Of a stretch of 64,000 bases of DNA, positions 38,421-50,233 are shown piece after piece. The notes beneath the pieces were generated by a model. That model was not told the origin of the DNA and searched no databases. It saw nothing but the letters and a program-made list of their open reading frames with translations. The stretch is from Heterodontus francisci (Eukaryota): positions 41,569,007-41,633,006 of the forward strand of contig NC_090406.1 in assembly GCF_036365525.1 (NCBI RefSeq). The letters are read 5' to 3'. The position numbers and the translations under genes are program-made. Each line of letters starts with the position of its first letter. Position 1 is the stretch's first letter.

Positions 38421-39859
38421 TCTTGCTAAGCAAATGTCTCCTTCCTGAGGCTCTCTCCTCTCGGATACTGCATCAATGAGGTGTCTAGGTTGGTGTCAGA
38501 GAAACGGGTGCCACCTGGGGATGCATGCCCATGCCCACAGAGGCCCTCTGATCTCCCTGGAGCTGCATAACTGAAAGCAACAGCAAGCCCAGTCTTGACT
38601 GCTGCTTGCCTTTTAAGATTGTCCTCAGCAACCTGTTCCTGCCTCTGGAACAATTGCAGAACCTCCAATTGGGCGCCGGACTAGCACCCAGGCCAAGTAA
38701 ATGTTTTACATTTAAAAATAGTTGCTGACTCTGGACGCGGAAATGTTCCGGACATCGGATTCCCAACCTCATAAAGAAAATCCAGCCCATTGTCTTCGAC
38801 CCCCGTCACAAACACTGTTCCCTCGCTACTTACTCAATTCCCACCCCTGGCCATGTCTCGGGTTGAAGCAGACTCTTTACAACCTTGGAAAATGAGTTGA
38901 TTGATTTATTGGCATTTTCAAAAACCTGACACGTGGGGAAAGGCCATCAGGTGAGGTACAAGATGGCTGCCAATTCTTGCTGGAGTGTTTACATAGGCAC
39001 TGGGAACTGTGGTGCCTAGTTTTCCATAGAATCATTCTGGGATAGTCCCCATCAATGGTTTCAGTACAGGAGCTTCAGAGCAAGACCTGACTCAATAGTC
39101 TCCAAACTTCTAGAACAAAACTTAACATTTTTATAAAAAACAAAATATAATGCTGCTCAGACAATTCTTTATTCCATAAAAATAGAAACACTTCTCTTAA
39201 TTCCTTTCCCAGAGTTTATAACGTATGTTGATCTGAAAACTGGCCATGCCTAGAGACTCGCCAAAGCACTGGAGATAGTATCCCCTATAAACAGTAATGT
39301 GTCTGGCAGTTATCTAAATGGGTGGAGCTGAAACTGAAATATTTGTGTAAGGTTGGTATAAGATAAAGATAAGAGTTTGACTCTGTTCTGGACAGTCCCT
39401 CTCCCTAAAATAACAGTGCTCAGTTCCTGCTGGGACCGCAGGTGTTTTGTTAGTTTCACACTCACTGGGGGCAGCTGGTTTGAGCTGCACCAAACCTCAT
39501 TCAAATACTGAAAACTGATTGGCTGAAACTGCCCTCTCAATGCAGTTTAGCTTCAACCAATCCCCTTTAATATTTATTTGAGATACAATTGGCTTTCAAT
39601 GTTCTAATTCTATGAAAAGAGCAGAACCTCAGATAATAAATTTTATTTAACAGTGCAATTTGGTTAATTGTTTAAATAGTCAACTGCTGGTGATAGCAGA
39701 TTAGAAAATGATAGTCAGGTGACTAGCAGGTTATTACATCAGTAACTAGTTAAATCTTCAACCCCTCTCCTGTTGAGCATGTTCACTTACTGTTGAAACA
39801 GTGGCAGCACACAAAGCAAGATTATCGAAATACAAAGCGGGTAAGTTCACCAACACATT

Positions 39860-40790
39860 GAGCTGGATTTTCCCTCCAGGGGCGGGAAACAGAATTCGGA
39901 GGCTGGATTTTACCAGTTCTTTGGCGATGGCCTGGAAACTGGAAGGCTGGCAAAATGGCACAGGAAGATATCGGGTGGTGTGACTGACGGCAATACCATT
40001 TTGCCAGTGGCAGGAAAGATGGCAGATTGGCTGCCTGCCAGGAGCCCAATTGAGCCACCAAAGTGGTCAATTAACGTTTTCTTCTTGCCTCCGTGGGCAT
40101 TTTATCTGCATCAGAGGGGCCCGCCTGGCAGTCTCCCAGTGGGCTCTGGGGTGGGGTGGGTCCGCCATGGCCCACAGAGGAGTACCCCAGCGAAAATGGT
40201 GGCTTCTGCAGTAACATGCTGCCTACCCTCAGCAACCTCTGCCCCCAGCACCGCTCAATCGGCTGGTCCTGCCTACCTGGCCCTGGTATCCCCAGACCCC
40301 ACTTACCTTTCTTTGAGGGTGCACAGCCATTGATGCATCCACATCCTGCAGTTGCAGCCCCAGCAACGGCCACCTCTAGTGGTGGTGCTGCTGAGCTGCC
40401 TGCCCTCCAAATGAGCTGGCAGCACTTGGGGGGGAAGGCATCCATCCTTAATCGGAGAGTAGCCCCGGCAATATGACACCCCAGGGTCCTGCCACCAACT
40501 GAAGCAGTCTTGCCTCCTGCTTTCGGCTCCAGCAGCGGGACGTCTGCATAAAATTCTGACCTGGGTCTGTTCTTGGGTCCCAATCCCACCCCAGGCGAGA
40601 AAACAGTCACTCATTGGGATTTTCACGGAGATGTCACAGTAATTGGCATGAAGACAGGTTCCCTGTCCAGTTAAGGGCAGCGGGTGGGCTCTGAAAGCTG
40701 AAGGACCAATCAGAGGCCTTCTAGTTTGAGAGAAGCAGCAGGCTGTGATGGCTGGTAATTAACAGAGAGGGTGCTTCAATATTGAAGTAG
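39860..40790. mobile_element. Harbinger-type non-autonomous element(s)
   Basis: GCTGGATTTT TIR-like starts at about 39862 and 39902; internal similarity to 19100-19809. Confidence 0.5.
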
Positions 40791-40889
40791 GGAATCATTG
40801 GATAATTAGCAAGAAAATGCTAAAAAAAAATCTAACACTGCTAGGTAAGCCACTGAATTAGAAAACTGCTAACACTGCAAATAATGTAT

Positions 40890-42375
40890 AACCTCGCAGA
40901 GATTTTTGTATCATTGTTAGCCATGGGTGAGGTACTGGAAGACTGGAGGATAGCTAATGTTGTGCCTTTATTTAAGAAGGGCAGCAGGGATAAGCCAGGG
41001 AACTACAGGGCGGTGAGCCTTACATCAGTGGTGGGAAAGTTATTGCAAGGGATTCTGAGAGACAGGATTTATATGCATTTGGAAAGGCAAGGTCTGATTA
41101 GGGATAGTCAGCATGGCTTTGTGTTTGGGAAATTATGTCTCATGAATTTGACTGAGTATTTTGAGGAGGTGACCAAGAGGATTGACGAGGCAGGGTGGTG
41201 GACGTTGTCAACATGGACTTTAGCAAGGCCTTTGACAAGGTCCCGCATGGTAGGCTGGTCCAGAAGGTTCAAACACATGGGATCCAGTGTGAGTTAGCAA
41301 ATTGGATACAAAGTTGGCTTGATGATAGGAGGCAGAGGGTGGTAGTGGAGGATTGTTTTTCAGATTGGAGACCGGTGACCAGTGGTGTGTCACAGGGATC
41401 GGTGCTGGGCTCTCTGTTGTTTGTCATATATATTAATGACTTGGATGTAAATGTAGGGGGCATGATGAGTAAGTTTGCAGATGACACCTAAATTGGTGGT
41501 ATAGTGGACAGTGAAGAAGGTTGTCTAAGGTTACAACAGGTTAAAGGTAAACTGGGAAAGTGGGAAAGGGATTGGCAAATGGAATTTAATGCAGACAAGT
41601 GCAAAGTGATGCATTTTGGGAAGTTAAACCAGGGCAGGACATATACAGTGAATGGCAGGGCTCTGGGGAGTATTGTTGAGCAGAGAGACCTTGGGGTGCA
41701 AGTACATAGTTCCCTGAAAGTGGCAACACAGGTAGATAGGGTGGTGAAGAAGATATATGGCATGCTTGCCTTCATTGGCCGAGGCATTGAGTACAAGAGT
41801 TGGGACGTCATGTTACAGTTGTACATAACGTTGGTTAGGTCGCATTTGGAGTACTGTGTGCAGTTCTGGTTGCCGCACTACAGGAAAGATGTGTTTAAGT
41901 TAGAGAGGGTGCAGAAAAAATTTGGTTTGGAGGGCTTGAGTTATAAAGAGAGATTGGATAGGCTGGGTCTGTTTTCCCTGGAGCGAAGGAGGCTGAGAGG
42001 GGACATGATAGAGGTATATAAAATTATGAGAGGCATAGATAGGGTAGATAGCCAGAGTCTGTTTCCCATGGTAGGGGTGACTAAAACTAGAGGGCATAGA
42101 TTTAAGGTGAGAGGGAGGAGGTTTAAAGGGGATCAAAGGGGTTAATTTTTCACACAAAGAATAGTGGGTATCTGGAATGAGCTGCCAGAGGAGGTGGTGG
42201 AGACAGGAACAGTAGCAACATTTAAGAGGCACCTGGACAGGTACTTGAATGAGCAAGGCATAGAGGGATATGGAATTAATACAGGCAGGTGGGATTAATA
42301 TAGATAGGCATTATGGTCGGCATGGACACGGTGGGCCGAAGGGCCTGTTTCTATGCTGTACGACTTTATGACTCA
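40890..42375 (+). mobile_element. 5'-truncated CR1 (RT to 3' tail)
   Basis: ORFs 40884-41297, 41195-41491 and 41504-42145. Confidence 0.9.
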
Positions 42376-42377
42376 AC

Positions 42378-42727
42378 TGTGAAGATATAATTAAAGGGAG
42401 ACATGACTGGGGGAAGCTACAAGATCAAAGAAGGGGAACTGAGCAATCAAACCACAAATTGATGGCGTTGGAACGGCTAAATGATGAGATGAAAGAACAA
42501 AGGAAGGTGTATGTTGCTGGTCAAGTGAATATGTGAAAAGATCACTGACACAGAGTGTCACGCAAAGTTACTGTATAAGTATGTGATTGAACAAAGGAGT
42601 TTTGAGTCGCCTCTTGGATCTCACTGAGAGATGAACTCCCCTGTATGCATACTGGTATCTGAATAAAATTTGCTTGCATCACCAACATTGATCTCGCGTG
42701 AAGAGTTCTCAATAGTACTCCACAACA
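42378..42727 (+). mobile_element. Possible solo LTR
   Basis: TG...CA ends, TATAAG at about 42574 and AATAAA at 42662; no TSD found. Confidence 0.35.
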
Positions 42728-43589
42728 AATACGGAATGACCTTTCACCAACATTTTTTAAACTGTAAACAAGAGCTGGCTGTTGCAGTCAGCCCATCACT
42801 GTGGTGGGAGCCCCTCTACAGGGCTGCATGTGACTGCTCTCACAACCAGGTTGAAAGGGAAGGCCTCTAGGCCTGCTGTTGGGTGCCCACCTCTAGACAC
42901 CTAAACTGACACCCTGGAAACTTCCAGTCGGCCTCCTTTAATGGGAGTTAACAAGGCTCTTAATGAAAGTAATTGGCTACCTGCTGCATGGGGATAGGAT
43001 GCCCTGACGGTCCCAAACCTGCCTTCTCTAAAATAGCTGGCTCTGGGAATGGCAACGCGAAATCAGCAAGTTGGCCTGCATCGGCATTTTCTGGCCTCGA
43101 CAACTTCTGTTTCCAACTCCAGCGGGGCCCAAAAATCCTGCCCATTGAGTCAGGACTCCGTATAGGGGTCACACAGTCAGTGTCCTATAGTGAGGAGCTT
43201 GCTGTATGATGTTTCATATGGTTTCTCTTGTAGGGAGCTACCAGTAATGTGCGCTGTATCAGTGTATGGTGCATAAAAGTATCACAGTCTTCAGTTTTAT
43301 AATGTTTTCTGTCAATGAGAGAGCCACAAGTTGAAAGTATTGCACGGACTGTAGTATAGCAGAGAGTTCTTGTTATTAGAGGCGTGAACTGCAATTTAAA
43401 CTCGAGCCCTGGACAGAAGAAGCAGAAATAAAGGAAGAAACTGGGAAGGATCAGACAATGAGATATCTTCTCATTCACTGCCAGCTCGCAGGGACAGTTT
43501 GAAAGGGAAGTCGGTTGCTAACAGTACTGAGGTGTCACTACATCAATCTGAGTCTGTGACACTGAATGGGAGGGTTTCAGATCCTTGTC

Positions 43590-43660
43590 TGGATTGGTCA
43601 GTGTGAATCACTCTAATTTGCATGGATTTCCTTCCTGATGTGAACGGCTCTATAACTGGG
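43590..43660 (+). promoter_or_regulatory. Ig light-chain V promoter
   Basis: Octamer ATTTGCAT at 43616-43623 in the light-chain orientation, TATAA at 43651, and a reverse CCAAT near 43592, all upstream of the leader ATG. Confidence 0.85.
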
Positions 43661-43726
43661 TTCAATGGGCAGCTGCTGCCACAGTCTGTTACAGAGTTAC
43701 TCGGTGAAGGGAACTCTCTGGTAGAA

Positions 43727-43775
43727 ATGATGCGGATGTTGTGCTTTTTCTGGTCTTTGGCGCTGTGGCTGGACT
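43727..43775 (+). CDS. Ig light-chain leader exon (L-PART1)
   Basis: Hydrophobic MMRMLCFFWSLALWLD + T|GTAAGT, phase 1, with a 104-bp intron to the V exon. Confidence 0.9.
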
Positions 43776-43879
43776 GTAAGTACAGACACTGAATTCTGTT
43801 CCTCCCGCAGCAGTAGATGGTGGCTCGGGATCACTTTTAAAGAGTCAATGTGTAATGTTTAATCCCTGCTCTCTTACAG

Positions 43880-44200
43880 ATGGACAGTCTCAGACTCTGA
43901 CTCAACCTCCAGACCTGACTGTGAAACCAGGAAACACGGCCACACTGGACTGCAAAACTACAGCTGGCAATCGTGTCGACTGGTACAAGCAGACGCCAGG
44001 AGCAGCTCCTCAATGGGTCCTTAGCTTTTACCATTCATGGGATTCTCCTAGCTATGGTCCTGGGTTTAGCAGCGACCGTTTCACATCGACAGTCAACAGC
44101 GGTCACAACATTTACCAGTTAATCATGAAGAACGTGGAGGTGAATGATGGCGCCGTCTATTACTGTGGAACATGGGTTTCATCGAGCAGTACTGATGTGT
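43880..44200 (+). CDS. Ig light-chain V segment, sigma-type, germline (unrearranged)
   Basis: TTACAG|AT acceptor. Translates QTLTQPP...LDC...WYKQTPG...FYHSWDSPSYGPGFSS...DGAVYYCGTW. The short CDR1, long CDR2 and 12-RSS fit the sigma isotype, and the sequence resembles teleost L2/Xenopus sigma. Confidence 0.93.
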
Positions 44201-44228
44201 CACAGTGACAGAAGGTAAAACAAAAACT
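44201..44228 (+). other. V recombination signal sequence (12-bp spacer)
   Basis: CACAGTG-ACAGAAGGTAAA-ACAAAAACT. Confidence 0.97.
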
Positions 44229-44541
44229 GAGTAGCAAATATTATACATTTAATAAGTTTGTATCTGATAAAATACTCTAATGTTTTATAATTCATAAAAT
44301 CGCTTTAATTTTGCCCTTGATACAATATCTTCCATTTTCAATCATTTCATAATTGATAACAGTCTGAATCTCACTGCCCACTATTGGGTGTTGCTGATGT
44401 TTTTAATGTTAGTCTGTGGATGATGCTGTGAGTTCATTCCTTACTGTCCCACACCAGCTGGGACAATCGGAATACATGAAGTCTGATTCATGCTGGAACT
44501 GGAGCATCTGAAGATGTTTTCTGTCTGATTCCAGGGTCCTG

Positions 44542-44580
44542 GATAAGTGTATGGACTGAACCCTAGAACATCACACTGTG
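44542..44580 (-). other. J recombination signal sequence (23-bp spacer, divergent nonamer)
   Basis: Perfect heptamer CACTGTG at 44574-44580. The nonamer position reads GATAAGTGT, 5/9 to GGTTTTTGT. Confidence 0.8.
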
Positions 44581-44617
44581 TGGGCGTTCGGCCAAGGGAC
44601 CAAGCTCTTTGTTGCAG
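44581..44617 (+). CDS. Ig light-chain J segment
   Basis: WAFGQGTKLFVA with the FGxG motif, followed by a G|GTAAGT donor. Lies about 380 bp from the V end. Confidence 0.96.
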
Positions 44618-45459
44618 GTAAGTGTCTGGGAATTCTCTCCTGCAGAAACTAGCTGTGTGAAATTAGACATTTAGAAATTAACCAATAATTCAAACTCCGT
44701 TATTAAATTGTAGTAAATCTTAATTTTATAGTGAAAATTCTGATTACATGTTTAGTCTCCAGCTCCAGTTCTGTTACCTAGAAAAGCAGCAATAATTATT
44801 GCTCCTTTACTCAATTTGTGCTGTTTCTGACACTAGTTTTTGTATATTAGTATTTCTATTTATACTATTTCTGTTAACAAGCACTCTGATTTTACAATTT
44901 CATTTCCAACCTTTAGTATGAACATTGATTACTAAGTTTTTCAAAAGCAGTTGGTACAGATAGATTTTTTGATCAGTATATGCGATGCAGTTTTTCAAAC
45001 CTGAATGGAGGGCAGTGCTGGAGAAAGGGTTCAATTGTGGTTTCAACTCTCTGAGCAGTTTTGTTTAATAATTGTGGGAGTGTTTTTCTTCACTACATGC
45101 ACTGTGATGAATTAAACTTAAAGAAGGAAATTGCATTTATATAACACCTTTTTTTTATATCCTGAGTGTTTTGGATTGAATAAGTTACTTTTGAAGGGCT
45201 GTTATTGCTATGCAACTAAACACAGCAGCCAATTAACACTCCGATCAAATACACAGCAATGAGATCAATGACCGATCTAATTTATAATTGAATTGTTTTA
45301 AGGTATATTGGACAGGACACTGGGACAACAATGTCATGAAATCTATTGCATCCACCTGAACATGTAGTCTTTCCAGAAACAAAGCCCTGCACTCACTCAA
45401 CACTCCAGTGACATGTTGGCTGAGAGTTATTTCCATATTCCATATTTTCTACTCAACTC

Positions 45460-47150
45460 CCCTCCGTCACCTCTTTTTCCAGTACAGTGATAACAGTATC
45501 AGTATTGTTTCCTACTCTAGTGCTGAATTTGAAAATCTTATCAGCTTTGCTTCCAATTTCTACCCTTCCTTCACCTTCACATGGTCCATCCCTGACTCTT
45601 CCCTTCCCATCCCTGACTTCTGTCTCCATTTCTGGGGATTGGTTATCAACCAATATTCACTGACTCCCACAGCTACCTTGACTACACCTCTTCCCACCCA
45701 GCTTCCTGTAACGGCTCTATTTCACACTCCGTTTTTTGGTCTCCATTGTAACTGTTGTGCCACTTTCCATACCAGTGATATGATCTGCCTTCCTTTATCC
45801 TTAACCAAGGATTTTGCTCCACCTATCAACAACAATGACTTGTATTTATGTAGCACCTTTTTTAATATAATAAAACATCACAAGGTGCTTCACAGGACTG
45901 TAATAAAACAAAATATGACACCGGGCCACACAGTCAGATTGTCAAAAGCTTGGTTAGAGGTAGGTTTTAAGGAGCATCTTAAAGAAGGAAAATCTGGTAG
46001 AGAGGATTAGAAGGGAACTGCAGAGCTTGAGGTCTTGGCAGCTGAAAGCACATCCACCAATGGTGGAGCAATATCTGGGATGCTCAATGTACCAAATTTA
46101 GAGGAATACTAATATTTTGCAGGATAATGGAGCTGGAGGAGATAGAAATGGGCAAGACTGTGGTGGGCTTTGATAATGAGGATGAAAATTTTAAAATCAA
46201 AATCAAAGTGTTGCTTAACCAGGAGCTGATGTTGGCCAGTGAGCATAGGGGTAGAATGTGGGAGGCTGGTCAGGAGAGTGTTAGAATAGTCAAGTCTATA
46301 TTGTGCAAATATATAGTCAGAAGCTTATCTTTTCAGCCTCACAGCTGCCAGGGAGGGGGATGGAGTTGGTGGCTAGGGAATGAATGGCTTTGGTCTTCCC
46401 AATATTTAGTCAGAGGAAATTCTGCTCATTCAGTACTGGATGTCGGACAAGCAGTGTGACAATCTAGAGACAGTGGATGATTGAAAGAGGTGGGTGTGAG
46501 CTACAGCTGGGTGTCGTCAGCATACTTGTGGAAACTAACCATTATGGTTGACAGGGCCCTTCAGCATGTCCATTCCATTTCCTGCACTTCTGCTCTCGCC
46601 CCTTCCCCTCCCTCCCAGACCCATAGTAGGGTTCCCCTTCTCCTCACTTTCCACCTCACCAGCCTCCACAATTAACAGTTCATTTTCCACCACTCCAGCA
46701 TGATGCCACCACCAAGCACATCACTCCCTCCCATTCACATGGCACCTTCCCAGAGGAGGGGATGCAATGCTTGTCTTTTTACCTCCTCCCTTCTCACCAC
46801 CTTAGACCCGTAACAATCCTTTCAGGTGAAATAGTGATTTACTTGCAATAAAAACAGAAAATGCTAGAAATATTCAGCGGGTCAGGCAGCATCTGTGGAG
46901 ACAGAAAAGAGTGACTGTTTCAGATCAATGACCTTTCATCAGTTCTCTTGTCATTTAATCTCTCCTGTCTTCCAACCAATCACAGACTTTTCCTTTTGTC
47001 ATTCCCCTGCCTCTGTACTTGCTTAGAAGCTGTTAGATCTCTAACTTTTTCCAGTTTGGATGATAGATTTCTGACCTGAAATATTAACACTATTTCTCTG
47101 TCCACAATGCTGACAGACATACTGGGCATTTCCAGCATTTTCTGTTTATA
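45460..47150 (+). mobile_element. Old Penelope fragments in the J-C intron, interrupted by an L2-like fragment (-, about 45830-46540)
   Basis: ENLISFASNFYPSFTFTWSI and MVDRAL...RVPLLLTFH; pLTR/hammerhead remnant on - at 46913-46942. Confidence 0.7.
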
Positions 47151-49556
47151 TTCCATATTTATCCTTCCCAATTAGATTGCTCAGGAACAGTAATTCTGGA
47201 TCTGTTTCATACTGTGGATGTTGCAAAGAGTTTATTCCATAATTCTTGCCCAACCCCAGTATTCCCCTACATTGTGATTTGAATTGCGACCTCAAGTTCA
47301 TATCCACATTTATCAGCACAGATTTCATCCTGATCCTCAAACAAAACATTTTGTATCGGCGCTGCATTTTGCAAATATAATTGGTACAATTGATTTAACA
47401 GTTAGTGACGACTATATTCAGCTGCTTGGGATATTCCTACTGCTCCCAGTCATCCTAAGGAGATATTGATGCATTTTAGTCAATTCCCAAATGTGTCTGT
47501 TATAAGCCAGCTGCAAAAACCCAGTGTGGGCCCTGACCTGGAGGTGTATTCCTAGCTTAGCAATTGATGTTCATGCCAACCTAGAAAATGAGAAACCATC
47601 CAACTGCTTCAAAGGAATAGTACTGGGTCTCCAAAAAGCTGACCGCTCAGAGATCCTTGATTTATAAACCCATCTCACGTGAAAACAAGTAATTACACAG
47701 AACTTGGAATTTAAGTTGTAGGGACCCCAACAATGCTCCAACTGTGTGAGAACAAGAATGAAGGGAAATCCAAATGTTTAAAGAGAAAAATTGATGATTT
47801 TCTGGATGGGGATATGCTAGAAAATTTTGTTTACATAATCATTGTTTTCTGCTTCATTTTAAACACTTTCACACTTGGCAGTTGATCTATTTCTAGTTTC
47901 TTTTCAAAATAGGGGAAAATGAAGTGACATTTGGAGTTTAAACAGACCATCACTTCCCCACTAATCACTTCCTCCTGAACAACTTCCCTTTCCTGCCCCA
48001 GTTGAGAGGTCATCATCCCACCCCCCACCCCCCCCCATTACCACCTCCAGACTATATCACATCCAACCCACCATCTTCTGAGGCAATGTGCCCCATTCAG
48101 CTCCACACACTCTCACTCTCTCCTCCTCATCTTCCAGTTTGTGCTGGAACACTCCTTCCAACTCCCATCATCCTTAGCTTCATCTCCGTTCCCTCCTCTT
48201 TGCCATCCATTGCACTCAGTGCTGCTCCTTTAAGTCCTGCTGCTGTGATTCTGGTTAGTGCACATTGCAGCTGGAGTTCCAATTCTGTGGTGAATTCACC
48301 CTTAAGGTATATGAGGACCAGAATCCCTCTAGCCGGACTGTGGTAGGAGTGACATTGTGGTGAAAAGGCTCACTGGGTTTGTGCTGATGTTTGGCATCAA
48401 GTGCTAACACCTGGACCAGGCCCCTCACCACTGGCTGACTGTGAGCGACTGTTGGTTGTCATTTCAACACTGAGTCTGTGCTGGTGAGTTAGTGTTGCTG
48501 CATTGTGCACATCTCCAGCAGCCTCACATCAATCAGCACTTGTGGATTTTTGTTTCTTTTTGAAAACACTTAGCAATTTCCTATTTCTAACCATTTACAC
48601 TTGGATATTGGGAATCGTCCCTCCCATTCTCGGGATTGCGTCCATGGGAGTTGAGCCCTCCCACCTCTCATCAGTTGACCATTCTTTTTGGACTAGCTGG
48701 GACAGTGAGTGTCGGTGGGTCATTCACCTATCAATAGCTGAGTCCTGTCCTTAACTCGCGCCCACAACTCTTTCCTTTCCAGTGAAGGGGGGAGGGAATA
48801 GGGTCACTGGGTATTGATCAGAGGGCTAATGTGCTAATTGGAGCATCATCACTGACCATAGACTGAATCCCTCATTTACTGATCTGTGAAGCTCAGGACT
48901 GCACATGTCCTTCCCTCGTCCACTGAAGCAGTGGAGGTTTTGAGATATTTTTATCCTTCCCACAGCAGTGGGTGACACAACAAGAGCATTAGTGACAGGT
49001 GGTGTGTGAAAGGAGGTGAAGGGTAGAGGAGAAATGTGGAGCTGGTTGGACAGGGTATGGGTACATTACATGGGTCTGGTGCCACTTTATACAGATAGTG
49101 TGTCTTTCCCAAGTCCAATAATGACTCCGTATCAAAATGCATCACCCGTTGGAGTAGATTTTCAATTTGAAATCAATATTCAGAGGCAATGATCACTGGG
49201 ATTCTGAATCACTTCTCTCTCATCAGGGATACTGAGGCCAAGTGAAGAATCCCTGTGCACTCCTTTAGAGCAGGCAGCTCAGCACAAGTTGGGGATAGAG
49301 CCCGAGAGCTGGAGGTGAAGTACCACAGTGAGTGATGCTTTAATCCACCGAGTCACCAGGAGGGTCCGAAAACAAGAACTTTTACATCAAATTTGCATTT
49401 CTTATTTGGACAAAGCCGAGACAATGCCTATCCCTGTCCCCTGGGGCTCACTATAGACAGCTACAAACTTTCACACCAGCTTCTATTAAACTCTGAAATG
49501 AAGTTAAACTTTTCTCTAACTTTATACAAACATGTCTTCTTTGATTCTGATTGCAG

Positions 49557-49882
49557 CTCAACAACTCCCTGACCCTTCAGTAAAACTGCTTGGGCCTTCA
49601 GCCGAGGAGGTGTCCACTAAAGGAGCCGGCACCTTGGTTTGCCTGGTCAACAAACTGTCCATGGGCTTTGCTGCGGTCAGCTGGGCAGTGGATGGGAGTC
49701 CGACGAGTAGTGAGGTCCAAACCAGCGCGGTGTCACGGAACACGGACAACACCTTCAGTCTCAGCAGCTACCTGACGGTCCCCGGCACAGACTGGAGCAG
49801 TGGGAAGGTGTACTCCTGTACAGTTCAACAACAAGGAACAGCTTCAAAAATAACAGCAACTGTCACACAATCTGTCTGTTAA
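49557..49882 (+). CDS. Ig light-chain constant exon (sigma-type)
   Basis: TTGCAG|CT acceptor in phase with J. C1-set motifs TLVCLV, VSW, FSLSSYL, YSCTV and a terminal Cys before TAA. Confidence 0.95.
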
Positions 49883-50227
49883 ATAGATGGCAGTTTCCTG
49901 ATTGAGTAAGAATGTGATTTCCCGACCATCCCACCCACAATTATCTACCCTTGTTATCTGCTGCATTTTGTTTCCTTTTTTTGCTTTGTGATTCTGCTGT
50001 ATCATTTGAAGTGTTTGTACCCGAGGCAGGTTTTGTTCAGGTTCTCCGATTACAAGAGGCTCCACGAGGGTTAAAGTGACCAGTTACTTGCTTTAATCAG
50101 GAATTTCAGTTCAAATACTTGTTTGCTCAGCAGCAGTGCTGGATTTAATGAAACATGATTAATGAAGATAGTTTATGATCTGCCAACAGCATCAGACTGA
50201 CAATGACTGTCCCTGAGGGTAACTTTC

Positions 50228-50233
50228 AATAAA
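50228..50233 (+). terminator. IgL polyadenylation signal
   Basis: First AATAAA seen after the C stop, followed by a GT-rich tract (TTTCTGTGTGTGTTCTGT). Confidence 0.7.

Larger units (their letters stand above)
33998..38788 (+). mobile_element. Decayed autonomous PIF/Harbinger DNA transposon
   Basis: TIRs GGGCTGGATTTT / AAAATCCAGCCC; splits an L2-like element; degenerate 3-bp TSD (TTT/ATT). Confidence 0.85.

Noticed and set aside
45081-45106. Possible second RSS (TGTTTTTCT...CACTGTG) in the J-C intron
   Set aside because: The spacer is 10 bp and no J-like FGxG coding segment or donor follows.
49324-49330. Isolated CACAGTG heptamer before the C exon
   Set aside because: No nonamer at 12 or 23 bp; expected by chance.
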